49,600 nt of DNA from Mesorhizobium sp. (lineage in GTDB: Bacteria; Pseudomonadota; Alphaproteobacteria; Rhizobiales; Rhizobiaceae): positions 1 through 49,600 of the forward strand of contig JBEVEP010000049.1 of assembly GCA_040512755.1 (NCBI GenBank), in the 5' to 3' direction. The notes under the pieces are model-generated. The model searched no databases. It was not told the origin of the DNA and saw nothing but the letters and a program-made list of their open reading frames with translations. Both the position numbers and the translations under genes were made by a program. Positions 20,157-29,322 of the stretch are shown here, in pieces. The stretch's first letter is position 1, and every line of letters begins with the position of its first letter.

Positions 20157-21928
20157 CAGTGCCCCTTTGTGGCAAGCCCTGGTCCGGGGTCGTTTTGCGG
20201 GAGGAAATCCTGCTTCGCGCCGGGCACGCTGTAGTCATAGGCCCAGCGATAGACGACTGGCACTTCCTTGCCCCAGTTGCCGTGCGGCGGCGGCGTTGTC
20301 GGCGTTTGCCACTCAAGCGACGTCGCGCGCCACGGATTGCCGCCGGCCTCCCTGCCGTGACGGATGCTCCAGAGCAGGTTGAACAGGAAGACCATCTGCG
20401 CGAAGCCGACGATAAGGGCCATGACCGTGATGAACGCGTTGAGCTGGTGTGCGGATTCCGCGATCAACCCCATGTCGCCGAGTTCGTTGTACCGGCGAGG
20501 CACGCCCATCAGGCCGAGATAGTGCATCGGGAAGAAGATGAGATAGGCGCCGAGGAACGTGACCCAGAAATGGAACTGGCCGAGCTTCTCATCCAGCATC
20601 CGGCCCGTAATCTTGGGGTACCAGTGATAGATCGCGCCGAAGATCACGAGGATCGGCGCAACGCCCATGACCATATGGAAATGCGCCACCACGAACATCG
20701 TGTCGGACAGCGGCACATCGACCACGACATTGCCGAGGAACAGGCCGGTCAGTCCGCCATTCACGAAGGTAACGATGAAGGCGAGAGCAAAGAGCATCGG
20801 CACCGTCAGATGGATGTCGCCGCGCCAAAGCGTCAGCACCCAGTTATAGACCTTGATCGCCGTCGGGATGGCGATGATCAGCGTCGTCGTCGCAAAGAAG
20901 AAGCCGAAATACGGATGCATGCCGCTGACATACATGTGGTGCGCCCAGACGATGAAGGAGAGCGCGCCGATGCCCACGATCGCCCATACCATCATGCGGT
21001 ATCCGAAGATGTTCTTGCGGGCGTGGGTGCTAATCAGGTCGGAGACGATGCCGAAAGCGGGCAGCGCCACGATATAGACCTCGGGGTGGCCGAAGAACCA
21101 GAACAAGTGCTGGAAGAGGATCGGACTGCCGCCGCCATGCTGGAGCTGCTCTCCCATCTCGACGATGGCCGGCATGAAGAAGCTGGTGCCGAGCAGCCGG
21201 TCGAACAGCATCATCACGCACGCCACGAACAGCGCCGGGAAGGCGAGTAGCGCCATGACCGTGGCGGTGAAAATGCCCCACACGGTCAGCGGCATGCGCA
21301 TGAGCGTCATGCCGCGGGTACGCCCTTGCAGGACGGTGACCACGTAGTTCAGCCCGCCCATGGTAAAGCCGATGATGAAGAGGATAAGCGAGGAGAGCAT
21401 CAGGATGATGCCCCAGTCCTGCCCGCCCGGTGTTCCTGTCATGATGGCCTGCGGCGGATAGAGCGTCCAGCCAGCGCCGGTCGGCCCGCCGGGCGCGAAA
21501 AAGCTGGCCACCAGGACCAGGACTGCGAGCAGGTAGATCCAGTAGCTCAGCATGTTGACATAGGGAAACACCATGTCACGCGCGCCGACCATCAGCGGGA
21601 TGAGGTAGTTGCCGAAGCCGCCCAGGAACAACGCGGTGAGCAGGTAGATCACCATGATCATGCCGTGCATGGTGATGAACTGGTAGTAGGCCTCCGGCGT
21701 GATGAAATCGAACGTGCCCGGGAAGCCCAGTTGGAGGCGCATGAGCCAGGAAAGCACTAGAGCCACAAGGCCGATGGCCATAGCCGTGCCGGAATATTGA
21801 ATCGCGATGACCTTGGCGTCCTGTGAGAAGACGTAGGTCGTCCACCAGCTATGCGGATGATAAAGCTCAACGTCCGGGACTTCGGCCGGCGGTATTGCTT
21901 CGACCGAGCGGGGTGTCACATCGACCAT
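20156..21928 (-). CDS. coxN: Cytochrome c oxidase subunit I
   Basis: Start trimmed to the ATG at 21928 ('MVDVTPRS') behind the RBS ggaggcg. 590 aa. 'GHPEVYI' (His-Tyr crosslink site), 'WAHHMY' and 'HFHMV' metal-ligand motifs. Confidence 0.92.
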   Translation of the reverse strand: MVDVTPRSVEAIPPAEVPDVELYHPHSWWTTYVFSQDAKVIAIQYSGTAMAIGLVALVLSWLMRLQLGFPGTFDFITPEAYYQFITMHGMIMVIYLLTALFLGGFGNYLIPLMVGARDMVFPYVNMLSYWIYLLAVLVLVASFFAPGGPTGAGWTLYPPQAIMTGTPGGQDWGIILMLSSLILFIIGFTMGGLNYVVTVLQGRTRGMTLMRMPLTVWGIFTATVMALLAFPALFVACVMMLFDRLLGTSFFMPAIVEMGEQLQHGGGSPILFQHLFWFFGHPEVYIVALPAFGIVSDLISTHARKNIFGYRMMVWAIVGIGALSFIVWAHHMYVSGMHPYFGFFFATTTLIIAIPTAIKVYNWVLTLWRGDIHLTVPMLFALAFIVTFVNGGLTGLFLGNVVVDVPLSDTMFVVAHFHMVMGVAPILVIFGAIYHWYPKITGRMLDEKLGQFHFWVTFLGAYLIFFPMHYLGLMGVPRRYNELGDMGLIAESAHQLNAFITVMALIVGFAQMVFLFNLLWSIRHGREAGGNPWRATSLEWQTPTTPPPHGNWGKEVPVVYRWAYDYSVPGAKQDFLPQNDPGPGLATKGH

Positions 21929-22010
21929 CGGAACGCCTCCTTGGTTCCTTTTTTCTCGTTGGGCTCCAGCAGGAGCCTCCTGTGCCAGTCCTGACGTCTG
22001 CCCGCGTTCA

Positions 22011-22838
22011 TCATTGTGCGACCGGTTCTGCGGTGCTCGTTTGCTGCGGACCCGAGAGTTGCGCGAATGTCTGCTGCTCGCCGATCCAGGCCAGGTAATC
22101 CTCCTCCGTGTCGACCATGACGACCCCACGCATCATCGCGTGGCCCTGTCCGCAAAGTTCGGCGCAAAGCACCTCGAACGTGCCGGTCCGGGTGGGCGTG
22201 AACCAGAAATAGGTCACGGAGCCGGGGATCATGTCCATCTTGGCGCGGAATTCCGGCACATAGAAATCGTGCAGCACATCGATCGAACGGAGCAGCATCT
22301 TCACAGGCTTGCCGATCGGAAGGTGAAGGTCCGCAGCCTCCACGATCAGGTCATCCTGGCCGTTGGGATCGTCCGGCTTCAGCCCGAGCGGGTTTTCAGG
22401 CGTTACGTCGCGGGTGTCAGAAAGGCCGAGTTTACCGTCCTTGCCCGGCAGGCGGAAGCTCCACTGCCACTGCTGGCCGACGACCTCGACCTCCGTTGCA
22501 TCGGGCGGAACGGTTATGAACTGGTGCCAGACCGCCAGCCCTGGAGCCAGCATGGCGGCAACGCCGACGCCTGTGGCGATCGTCAGCCACCATTCGAGCC
22601 GCTTGTTCTCCGGCTCGTAGTGGGCCGTGTTCCCTTCCCGATGGCGGAAGCGATAGACGCAATAAGCCATGAAGAGAACCACGGCGGCGAAGACCACTCC
22701 CGTGATCCAGAATGTGATGATGATCGTGTCGTCGATGTAACGCCAGTTGGACGCGATCTCGGTCCACCACCATGGACTTAAGAAATGGAAGACGACTGAG
22801 CCGACAATGACCAGAACGAGTATGAGCGCAACAGCCAT
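22011..22838 (-). CDS. coxM: Cytochrome c oxidase subunit II with CuA centre, no fused cytochrome c domain
   Basis: 275 aa, two N-terminal TM helices. CuA ligands 'HDFYVPEF ... CAELCGQGHAMM'. Confidence 0.9.
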   Translation of the reverse strand: MAVALILVLVIVGSVVFHFLSPWWWTEIASNWRYIDDTIIITFWITGVVFAAVVLFMAYCVYRFRHREGNTAHYEPENKRLEWWLTIATGVGVAAMLAPGLAVWHQFITVPPDATEVEVVGQQWQWSFRLPGKDGKLGLSDTRDVTPENPLGLKPDDPNGQDDLIVEAADLHLPIGKPVKMLLRSIDVLHDFYVPEFRAKMDMIPGSVTYFWFTPTRTGTFEVLCAELCGQGHAMMRGVVMVDTEEDYLAWIGEQQTFAQLSGPQQTSTAEPVAQ

Positions 22839-22975
22839 TCCTGTTCATCCCTGCCTTAAAGGCGCGAATCGAAAGGCAATTCGTCCGATTGCTTCACCAA
22901 CTCTCCAACGATCTCTTGCACACGGATTTGCTGATGCCAGAGATGACTGAGGGGAGGTCGGTATCTGGCAGGAAT

Positions 22976-23001
22976 TGCGCTTTTCCTGAGTCAAAAGCGC
23001 A
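22976..23001. other. Perfect 9-bp inverted repeat TGCGCTTTT-N8-AAAAGCGCA in the fhcC-coxM spacer (terminator or operator)
   Basis: Read directly. Lies about 250 nt downstream of fhcC and about 140 nt upstream of coxM, both on the minus strand. Confidence 0.35.
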
Positions 23002-23248
23002 GAAGAGGTTCCGGCTCGGCCCGCAATCAAGCGGGGGGAGCAGCGGCATGCTTGCGACGGCCGGTCCGCAACCCGGCATTGTCCGTGCCTCCTGTGCCGC
23101 CCGATAGGCGATCAGGGAAATAAGCCCGGCCTGCAACATCATAGAAGCAGGTCTTAAAGCGCCGTCATGATCCCATTGGCCAGCTTCGTTGTCAAACCGC
23201 CCCGCCGCCCCTTTCCACAGGCCAGCTGCGACAAATTGACAGGCACGG

Positions 23249-24058
23249 TCATCGTGGGAAGAGGATTTCGCCCGTGCCTAGGACAGCATTGTCACCGCCG
23301 AACCGGCGAGGCGCTTTGCCGAGGAGTGGCCGTTTCAGGATACCTTCTGTGATCAGATGGCGGTCAAGAAGGGATGCAAAGACGCTATCGGGCGAGCCGC
23401 ATTCCACGAAGCTCGGCGAAAAGCTCTTCGGCGTCCGATCGAGCAGGATGGAGCCACGCCGCATCAGATAGCCCGGCATGAGCCCCGCTCCACCGGCGAC
23501 GACAAGCGTGCCGGCAATCATCCGGCACCCGGCGTGATCGCCGGCGCCTTTCAAAATCGCGATCAGTCCACGCCGCATGCGGTCAGCGGCCCGGGCGCCC
23601 GCCCTGCCGTGCACGACCAGAACGCCGCCACCCATGCCCGCGAGTTCGCCAGCCAGCGGTGCGCCGAGGCGATCGCCGGCGTTGCCGAAAATCTCGATAC
23701 GACCGCCTCGCATGCCGGACCCGGCGTGAGGGCCGGCATTCCCTTCCACCACAACACTCCCGTTCTTCATAATACGGCCGAGTTGGGCTCCCACGTCACC
23801 GATAACGCGGATGCTGCCCTCGGTCAGACCTTCGGCCACACGATCGAAACGTGTGCTGCCGCCATCGAAAACAATGTCGTCGAGTTCACTCCCGGAAAAC
23901 CGGAAGATGTCGCCGACAAACGAGGCGCGCTTCGACTGCCCGAGCCTCAGTCGCGCGATGTCCGTCTTGGACAAACCGGCAAGGCGATGCGGCGTGAGCG
24001 GCGAAAGATCCAGGCGTTCGGGCGGTTCCGCGACAAGTGTAAAGGTCAGCCTTTTCAC
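23249..24058 (-). CDS. fhcC: Formyltransferase/hydrolase complex subunit C (formylmethanofuran dehydrogenase subunit C homologue)
   Basis: 269 aa with the repetitive G-rich beta-helix ('VVVEGNAGPHAGSGMRGGRIEIFGNAGDRLG'). GTG start overlapping the fhcD stop (GTGA). Confidence 0.88.
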   Translation of the reverse strand: MKRLTFTLVAEPPERLDLSPLTPHRLAGLSKTDIARLRLGQSKRASFVGDIFRFSGSELDDIVFDGGSTRFDRVAEGLTEGSIRVIGDVGAQLGRIMKNGSVVVEGNAGPHAGSGMRGGRIEIFGNAGDRLGAPLAGELAGMGGGVLVVHGRAGARAADRMRRGLIAILKGAGDHAGCRMIAGTLVVAGGAGLMPGYLMRRGSILLDRTPKSFSPSFVECGSPDSVFASLLDRHLITEGILKRPLLGKAPRRFGGDNAVLGTGEILFPR

Positions 24059-24963
24059 GGCAGCAGGTCCTTCAATGGATAGAGGAACTTGCCGAGCTTA
24101 CCTCCATAATTGCCGGCGCTGATTCGCTGCGCGCCCTTGTCCGGGCCGAGATCGGTGACCGCCTTGATGCCCGCCTTCATGGCCGCGGCGACCGCCTGGC
24201 TCGCTTCACCGTCGATGACGATCTCAAGCACCGAATTGATGCCCGAATCGAGCCGGCTTTCGACGACGCCGCGCAGAGTCGGAGCGAAAGCGTCGTTCGT
24301 GGATGCGATCATGCCTTTGTACTTGCCGCCGATCTTCGAGCCCGAGCGGACGATGCCGCCAGGAAACGGCAGGATCGCGCCAACGACATCCTGGATCGCA
24401 TCGACGGCGGCCTCCGCGGCGGCAAGAGCGTTGGCGCTCGACCGGGCGAGCAGCAGAAGGTTGCCGCCGCCCACGGCATCCTTGGTCATTCCAGTCGCGG
24501 CCTCGCAAAGAAACTCTCCGTCCATCACCGGGATACGCCAGAAGTGCCTGCCTCCCAGCTTCTTTGATACTTGCCACCCGTCGCCGAAATAGCGCAGCGC
24601 CGAACCGAGCTTCAGCTGAAACGGCCCGTCGAGGCCCGCGAAACAGGCGCTGCCGGACGATGTCAGGACGCATTGCCCAACTCTGGTCAGCAGTTGCTTC
24701 TGGAGCTCGTCCGTGCTCACCGCAAAGATCATCACGCGGCATCCCGGCCGACCGTCGGGCGTCGCGGATGGCGGCATTTCGAAGTCGATGGCAGCCTCAC
24801 AGCCGCAGCCGATGACCGAAGTGGCGAAGCCCGTCATGGAGACTGCCGCCTGCCGCGCCCATTTCCTGTTCGGACCGGTGATGATGATGGCTGTAGCCCG
24901 CATGCCGAAGGCTTCAGCGTAGGTATCGTCTATGGCTACCCCGTTGACTTCTAGGCGCTGCAT
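24055..24963 (-). CDS. fhcD: Formylmethanofuran:tetrahydromethanopterin N-formyltransferase
   Basis: 302 aa. Ftr-family N-terminus 'VAIDDTYAEAFGMRATAIIITG'. Lies between fhcA and fhcC. Confidence 0.9.
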   Translation of the reverse strand: MQRLEVNGVAIDDTYAEAFGMRATAIIITGPNRKWARQAAVSMTGFATSVIGCGCEAAIDFEMPPSATPDGRPGCRVMIFAVSTDELQKQLLTRVGQCVLTSSGSACFAGLDGPFQLKLGSALRYFGDGWQVSKKLGGRHFWRIPVMDGEFLCEAATGMTKDAVGGGNLLLLARSSANALAAAEAAVDAIQDVVGAILPFPGGIVRSGSKIGGKYKGMIASTNDAFAPTLRGVVESRLDSGINSVLEIVIDGEASQAVAAAMKAGIKAVTDLGPDKGAQRISAGNYGGKLGKFLYPLKDLLP

Positions 24964-26582
24964 TGAATCTCACTGAAAGGCTTTTCGCGCGCAATCGCGG
25001 AATCGGGGAACGTGAACCAGTCGAGGGATAGGCCGTAACGGCGCTCGTGGTAGTCCTCGAGGCGCTTTACCATTGCCTTGTCAGCGGGCGGATTAACCGT
25101 CAGCGCCCTACCCCATCGGTAATGCGTGATCTCGCCATCCTTGACGACAAGATCGCCATCCTTGAAGACATAGGCCGCTCGCCCGAACATCTTCGCGATG
25201 CTTCCGTCCTTGCGGTAGACGGCGACGTCCGCGATGGCGCCCGACCCCAAATGCCCCCGATCCTTGAGCCCCAGCAGCTTCGCCGGTGCGGCCCGCGTCA
25301 TGATGGCGATCTCTTCAAGAGTATATTCGCGCTGAATAGACGCAAGCGTGGACAACGCGATCGCCGATTTTGGCAGGGTTGCGGTCATCTCCGCGCGTGC
25401 GTCGCGATTCATCAGCAACTCGAACAGCTGCGGATAGACAGTAAATGGTGCGCCGTTCGGGTGGTCTGTTGTGAAGAAAACCCGCCAAGGGTCTGTGATC
25501 AGGAGGAAAAGTTCCATCCCGACCGCCCACTGAACAGCGCCGTAGAAATCGTCCGTATAGCGGAAGGGAACGATGCCGCCTCCATTGCCATCGCCGTCGT
25601 AGATCACAGATTTCTTCGGATGCGCGCTGCCCCTCGCCGAGAACTGCCGAAGCACGTCGGAGGAGATCGTGACAGTCTGGCCGAACATCACCTGGCCTAT
25701 GTCGATGGTTACTTCGGGCGTTCCATTGACCAATTCGCCCAGTCGCGCCGCAGCAGATGAGAATTTCCGTTTGCCCTCCGTGCCATACCCGTAGAACTGA
25801 AGATGGGCGAGATGCAACGGGACGCCTTCCGCCGCCGCGATCGTTGCCGCAGCAGTATCAGCCGCGCCGGGCGCTCCGAGATTGTTGCAATGGACGTGGA
25901 GCGGATGCGGAATGCCGAGCCGCGTTACGGCAGCCTGAAGGATCTTGACGATCTTGCGCGAGCTTACCCCATAGGAAGGCACGACGTCGTCGAGGGAAAA
26001 CTTTCGGACATTTTCCTTGAAGGCCGCTGCGGCCCCGGCATTGATCACCTTTACGCCAAGCGCCCGCGTCGAACTGACTGTCCACGCGACATAGTCGTCC
26101 ACCATCTGCTCAGATGCCCCATCGCGGATCATCGAGAGAAGAAAATCGTCATTGCCAAGGATGGCCAAGGTCGCCTTGTCGATGATCGGAATGTCGGCCA
26201 GCTCCAGATGGGTGTGGAGCGCATCGCCCGGGGCCATGGCGGGTTCTACCACCGTCGTGAAACCCATCCGCGCATAGAGGCAGCCGGTTTCGAATGTCGA
26301 CCAGCCCGCGTTGGACAGAGGGGTCATCACCGGGCGCGGGCTATGGGCGGCGTGGTGCTCGGGCAAGAGAAGGCGCGCGGTATTCACATTGCCGCCACCG
26401 ATGTGGGAATGGATATCGATGGCCCCCGCCATAACGATGCAGTCCGTGGCGTCGATCGTCCTGTCAGCGGCCTCATTGGTTGGAGGAGCGGCTATGTGTC
26501 CGTCGCGGAGCCAGAGGTCTCCGTGACCCGAGCGGCCATTCACCGGATCGATGATTTCGCCGCCTGTGATCCTTGTCAGCAT
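24951..26582 (-). CDS. fhcA: Formyltransferase/hydrolase complex subunit A (amidohydrolase-fold FmdA homologue)
   Basis: 543 aa. Metal-dependent hydrolase motif 'AGAIDIHSHIGGG'. Confidence 0.9.
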   Translation of the reverse strand: MLTRITGGEIIDPVNGRSGHGDLWLRDGHIAAPPTNEAADRTIDATDCIVMAGAIDIHSHIGGGNVNTARLLLPEHHAAHSPRPVMTPLSNAGWSTFETGCLYARMGFTTVVEPAMAPGDALHTHLELADIPIIDKATLAILGNDDFLLSMIRDGASEQMVDDYVAWTVSSTRALGVKVINAGAAAAFKENVRKFSLDDVVPSYGVSSRKIVKILQAAVTRLGIPHPLHVHCNNLGAPGAADTAAATIAAAEGVPLHLAHLQFYGYGTEGKRKFSSAAARLGELVNGTPEVTIDIGQVMFGQTVTISSDVLRQFSARGSAHPKKSVIYDGDGNGGGIVPFRYTDDFYGAVQWAVGMELFLLITDPWRVFFTTDHPNGAPFTVYPQLFELLMNRDARAEMTATLPKSAIALSTLASIQREYTLEEIAIMTRAAPAKLLGLKDRGHLGSGAIADVAVYRKDGSIAKMFGRAAYVFKDGDLVVKDGEITHYRWGRALTVNPPADKAMVKRLEDYHERRYGLSLDWFTFPDSAIAREKPFSEIQCSA

Positions 26583-27664
26583 GGCAACGGCATCCCGGGT
26601 TCGAGATAGCCGCCAATCATGCGGATGACCGAGGCGGCCGACGGGACAGCCGAGCCCGAGGCCGCTCGGACTGCCCGGATCGTGCCCGTGCGGGAGGAGA
26701 ATGCCACGGCATCATGGTCGACGCCGGGTTCACCGATTGCAATCGTAATGGTGGCGCCATGAATTGGCGCGCTGGTGTTTGCCAGCGCGATGTGTCTCAG
26801 TCCGTTTCTTCGTCCCGGCAACCTGCCCGCTCCCGCGGCAACGCGGAGATGAACATCTGCCTCCCCAGCGGCGAGCATGCGGGCAACGTCGAAACGCCAG
26901 GGATCGTACTCCGGCATCCCGCGCGCAAAACCGGTTCGCGTCGGGAAACCGGTCATCCATGTCGAAGCGAGAGAGCTTCCCCAACCACTTTCGCTAGCGG
27001 GCAAATGAAGGCCGGAAGCGCGTGATTTGCGATTGAGGTCGCTGATCAATCCCTGCAGCATCTCGAGCGCCAGGTCGTCGGATGCGTGACCGGAGAACAG
27101 AAAAACTGGAAACCGCGCGGCCGCGACCGCTGCCGAAAACCGGTCGAAGTTCGACACCGGCGTTGAAGTTTGACGTCCAGCGCATTGAGCGCGGAGCGCA
27201 GCTAGCGTGACAGCAAGGCCGGCATTGCCACAGAACAGACGCACTGCCTTGACTTTGCCGATTGCAGCGGAGGCGCGAGACTTGCCGCCGACAATGAAGA
27301 ACTCACGCTTGTTTTTCGCCGAAAGATCAGGAACCGTCTCCGCCAGTTCAGCAACGAAATCATGGTAGATGGCAGGCAGCTCACCGGAGATGACGACGAG
27401 ATCGGCCCGCCGGCGCGCCTCGCCGGGCGCAATGATCATGCCGCCCTTGTCCGTGAACAGCGCCACCTCATGGGCAAGGGCGGCGCCCTCCACATGGTCA
27501 TAGGCTGCCCCAACGCGCTCGGCGAGCGCTATCGCCGCGCGCGTGCCGTGAATATCCGTATCGAAGCTAATTACCGGGCACCTGCTTGCGGCCAAAAGCT
27601 CAGCGGCATGTTCAGCCGCGCGCTCCACCTGCATTTCCCGGTTGCCGATCCATGCAACCGCCAT
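26576..27664 (-). CDS. fhcB: Formyltransferase/hydrolase complex subunit B (FmdB homologue)
   Basis: 362 aa. First gene of the fhcBADC order; its stop overlaps the fhcA start by 7 nt. Confidence 0.85.
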   Translation of the reverse strand: MAVAWIGNREMQVERAAEHAAELLAASRCPVISFDTDIHGTRAAIALAERVGAAYDHVEGAALAHEVALFTDKGGMIIAPGEARRRADLVVISGELPAIYHDFVAELAETVPDLSAKNKREFFIVGGKSRASAAIGKVKAVRLFCGNAGLAVTLAALRAQCAGRQTSTPVSNFDRFSAAVAAARFPVFLFSGHASDDLALEMLQGLISDLNRKSRASGLHLPASESGWGSSLASTWMTGFPTRTGFARGMPEYDPWRFDVARMLAAGEADVHLRVAAGAGRLPGRRNGLRHIALANTSAPIHGATITIAIGEPGVDHDAVAFSSRTGTIRAVRAASGSAVPSAASVIRMIGGYLEPGMPLPC

Positions 27665-27783
27665 TCACTATGCTACTTTCTGGTGCCTGGCTCGACTCTA
27701 GACGAAACAAATTGGGCCGTGAACCCCCGCTCTTCCCGTCGCGAAGGGTTTCAGCCTGACGGCGCCTTTGCCATCTCAAATGT

Positions 27784-28164
27784 TCAGTCGTATTTGATAT
27801 AGGCGAAGCGCTGATCCGTCGGCGGCGTACCTTCCAGGGCTCCACCCTCCTTTGCGGGCTGCCACTGGACGACATCCTCGATCTTCTTCGCCAGTTCGAA
27901 GTCCTTGTCCGTGATTCCTTTTGCAGCGTGATTCATCAGCCGCACTTCGACCCACGCGTATGACGCTGTGATATCGGGATGATGCCACGCGGCCTCCGCC
28001 AGATGCCCGACCGTATTGATCAGCATCAACGTTCCCTTCCAACTATGCGTCTTGTACTTGCGGCGGATCCAGCCGTTCTCGTAACGCCATTTCGGCAGCT
28101 CCTTCTGAAGGCGCTCCTCGATTTCGGGGTCCGAATAGGTTTTTTCCTTGCTGGTCTCGTTCAT
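27784..28164 (-). CDS. Pterin-4a-carbinolamine dehydratase (PCD/DCoH) homologue
   Basis: Start trimmed to the ATG at 28164 behind the RBS ggagg; 126 aa. The canonical motif E-x3-H-H-P-x5-Y-x9-H-x8-D can be read in 'EAAWHHPDITASYAWVEVRLMNHAAKGITDKD'. Confidence 0.8.
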   Translation of the reverse strand: MNETSKEKTYSDPEIEERLQKELPKWRYENGWIRRKYKTHSWKGTLMLINTVGHLAEAAWHHPDITASYAWVEVRLMNHAAKGITDKDFELAKKIEDVVQWQPAKEGGALEGTPPTDQRFAYIKYD

Positions 28165-28275
28165 GTCTGCCTCCGCGCGCTTCCACCGCCATGATGACAG
28201 CGTCGATCTTTCAGTCCGACTGGCTTGCTCCATCGTCGAAAGCCGCTATCATGAACCCGGGCACCTAAACTTCAG

Positions 28276-28292
28276 TGATGCATTATGATGCA
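28276..28292. promoter_or_regulatory. Direct repeat TGATGCA-tta-TGATGCA (10-bp period) in the divergent PCD/mptG promoter region
   Basis: Read directly at 28276-28282 and 28286-28292, 16 nt upstream of the preferred mptG ATG. Confidence 0.3.
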
Positions 28293-28307
28293 CCCACTTG
28301 GGGGCAG

Positions 28308-29270
28308 ATGTCGAATTCCGTTACCATAAAAGTGCCCGCTCGCCTGCATCTTGGCTTCCTTGATCCTAACGGCCAATCCGGACGCCGCTTCGGCAGCATC
28401 GGCCTGCCGCTCAGCGAACCAGAAACCGTCGTAACGCTGTCGCGTGCGCAGGAGACCGTCATCGAAGGCCCTGAAAGCAGTCGCGCGGCTTCCCACCTGG
28501 CAACGCTGTGCGAGCACCTTGGAATCCGATCCCGCCATCGTCTGGTGGTTGAGCAGGCCATACCGAGGCATGCTGGCCTCGGGTCCGGCACGCAGATCGC
28601 GCTTGCGGTGGCGACCGCGTTGCGCACATTGCACGGCCTTCCGCTGGCTGTCGCCGACGACGCGACCAGGCTGGCGCGGGGCGCCCGCTCCGGTATTGGC
28701 ATAGCGAGCTTCGAAAGCGGCGGTGTGATTATCGATGCCGGCAAGGGCAGCAGCGGCGGTCCGCCGCCCGTTGTCGCCCGGCTGGCTTTTCCGGAAGAGT
28801 GGCGAGTGATCCTGATCCTGGACCCGTCGCGTGACGGTTTGCACGGCGACGAAGAGACGGAGGCGTTCCGTTCGCTGCCCCCATTTCCAGAAAGCAGTAT
28901 CGGTGAAATCTGCAGGCACGCGCTGATGGGCGTCATGCCTGCTCTGGTCGAGCGCGACCTCACTGCCTTCGGTGCCGCGATATCGGCAATCCAGCTTCTG
29001 GTGGGGAACTACTTCGCGCCGGCGCAAGGCGGCGTATTCACATCCGCAAAGGTTGCCGAAGCGGCGCATCGCCTTGCCGAAGCTGGCGCAGTAGGCATCG
29101 GGCAGAGCTCGTGGGGACCCACGGGATTTGCCTTCGCGCCTTCGGAGTCAGTGGCCCGCAGCATGGTGGCCGCGACAGGAACGCGCGAGGGAATCGAATT
29201 GAAGATCGTACGCGGCAGGAACGCGGGCGCGAAGATCAGCGCTACCGGGCTTGGCCTGGTTGGTAGCTAG
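28308..29270 (+). CDS. mptG: Beta-ribofuranosylaminobenzene 5'-phosphate synthase (first committed H4MPT biosynthesis step; GHMP-kinase fold)
   Basis: Preferred start is the ATG at 28308 ('MSNSVTIKVPARLHLGFLD'). GHMP motif 'PRHAGLGSGTQIALA'. Confidence 0.85.
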   Translation: MSNSVTIKVPARLHLGFLDPNGQSGRRFGSIGLPLSEPETVVTLSRAQETVIEGPESSRAASHLATLCEHLGIRSRHRLVVEQAIPRHAGLGSGTQIALAVATALRTLHGLPLAVADDATRLARGARSGIGIASFESGGVIIDAGKGSSGGPPPVVARLAFPEEWRVILILDPSRDGLHGDEETEAFRSLPPFPESSIGEICRHALMGVMPALVERDLTAFGAAISAIQLLVGNYFAPAQGGVFTSAKVAEAAHRLAEAGAVGIGQSSWGPTGFAFAPSESVARSMVAATGTREGIELKIVRGRNAGAKISATGLGLVGS

Positions 29271-29322
29271 GCATCGGACCAAGCCTACACCACCGTTTCG
29301 ACGCCACAGCAGGAAGACGAAA

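Noticed and set aside
20156-22129. 67-aa N-terminal extension of the subunit I ORF, plus similar upstream extensions of the E2, phaC, tctC, mtdB, orf7-like, DUF447 and PCD ORFs
   Set aside because: In each case an internal ATG with a good Shine-Dalgarno sequence sits just after the upstream gene's stop and restores the family-typical N-terminus.
22845-23142. Small ORFs (61-82 aa, both strands) in the 410-bp fhcC-coxM spacer
   Set aside because: No RBS, no recognisable motif, and mutually overlapping frames. The region is treated as promoter or terminator space. Expression data could revise this.
22839-23248. Looked for an FNR/FixK box (TTGAT-N4-ATCAA) upstream of coxM
   Set aside because: No canonical box was found by eye. 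Only an isolated 'atcaa' near 23025, without the partner half-site.
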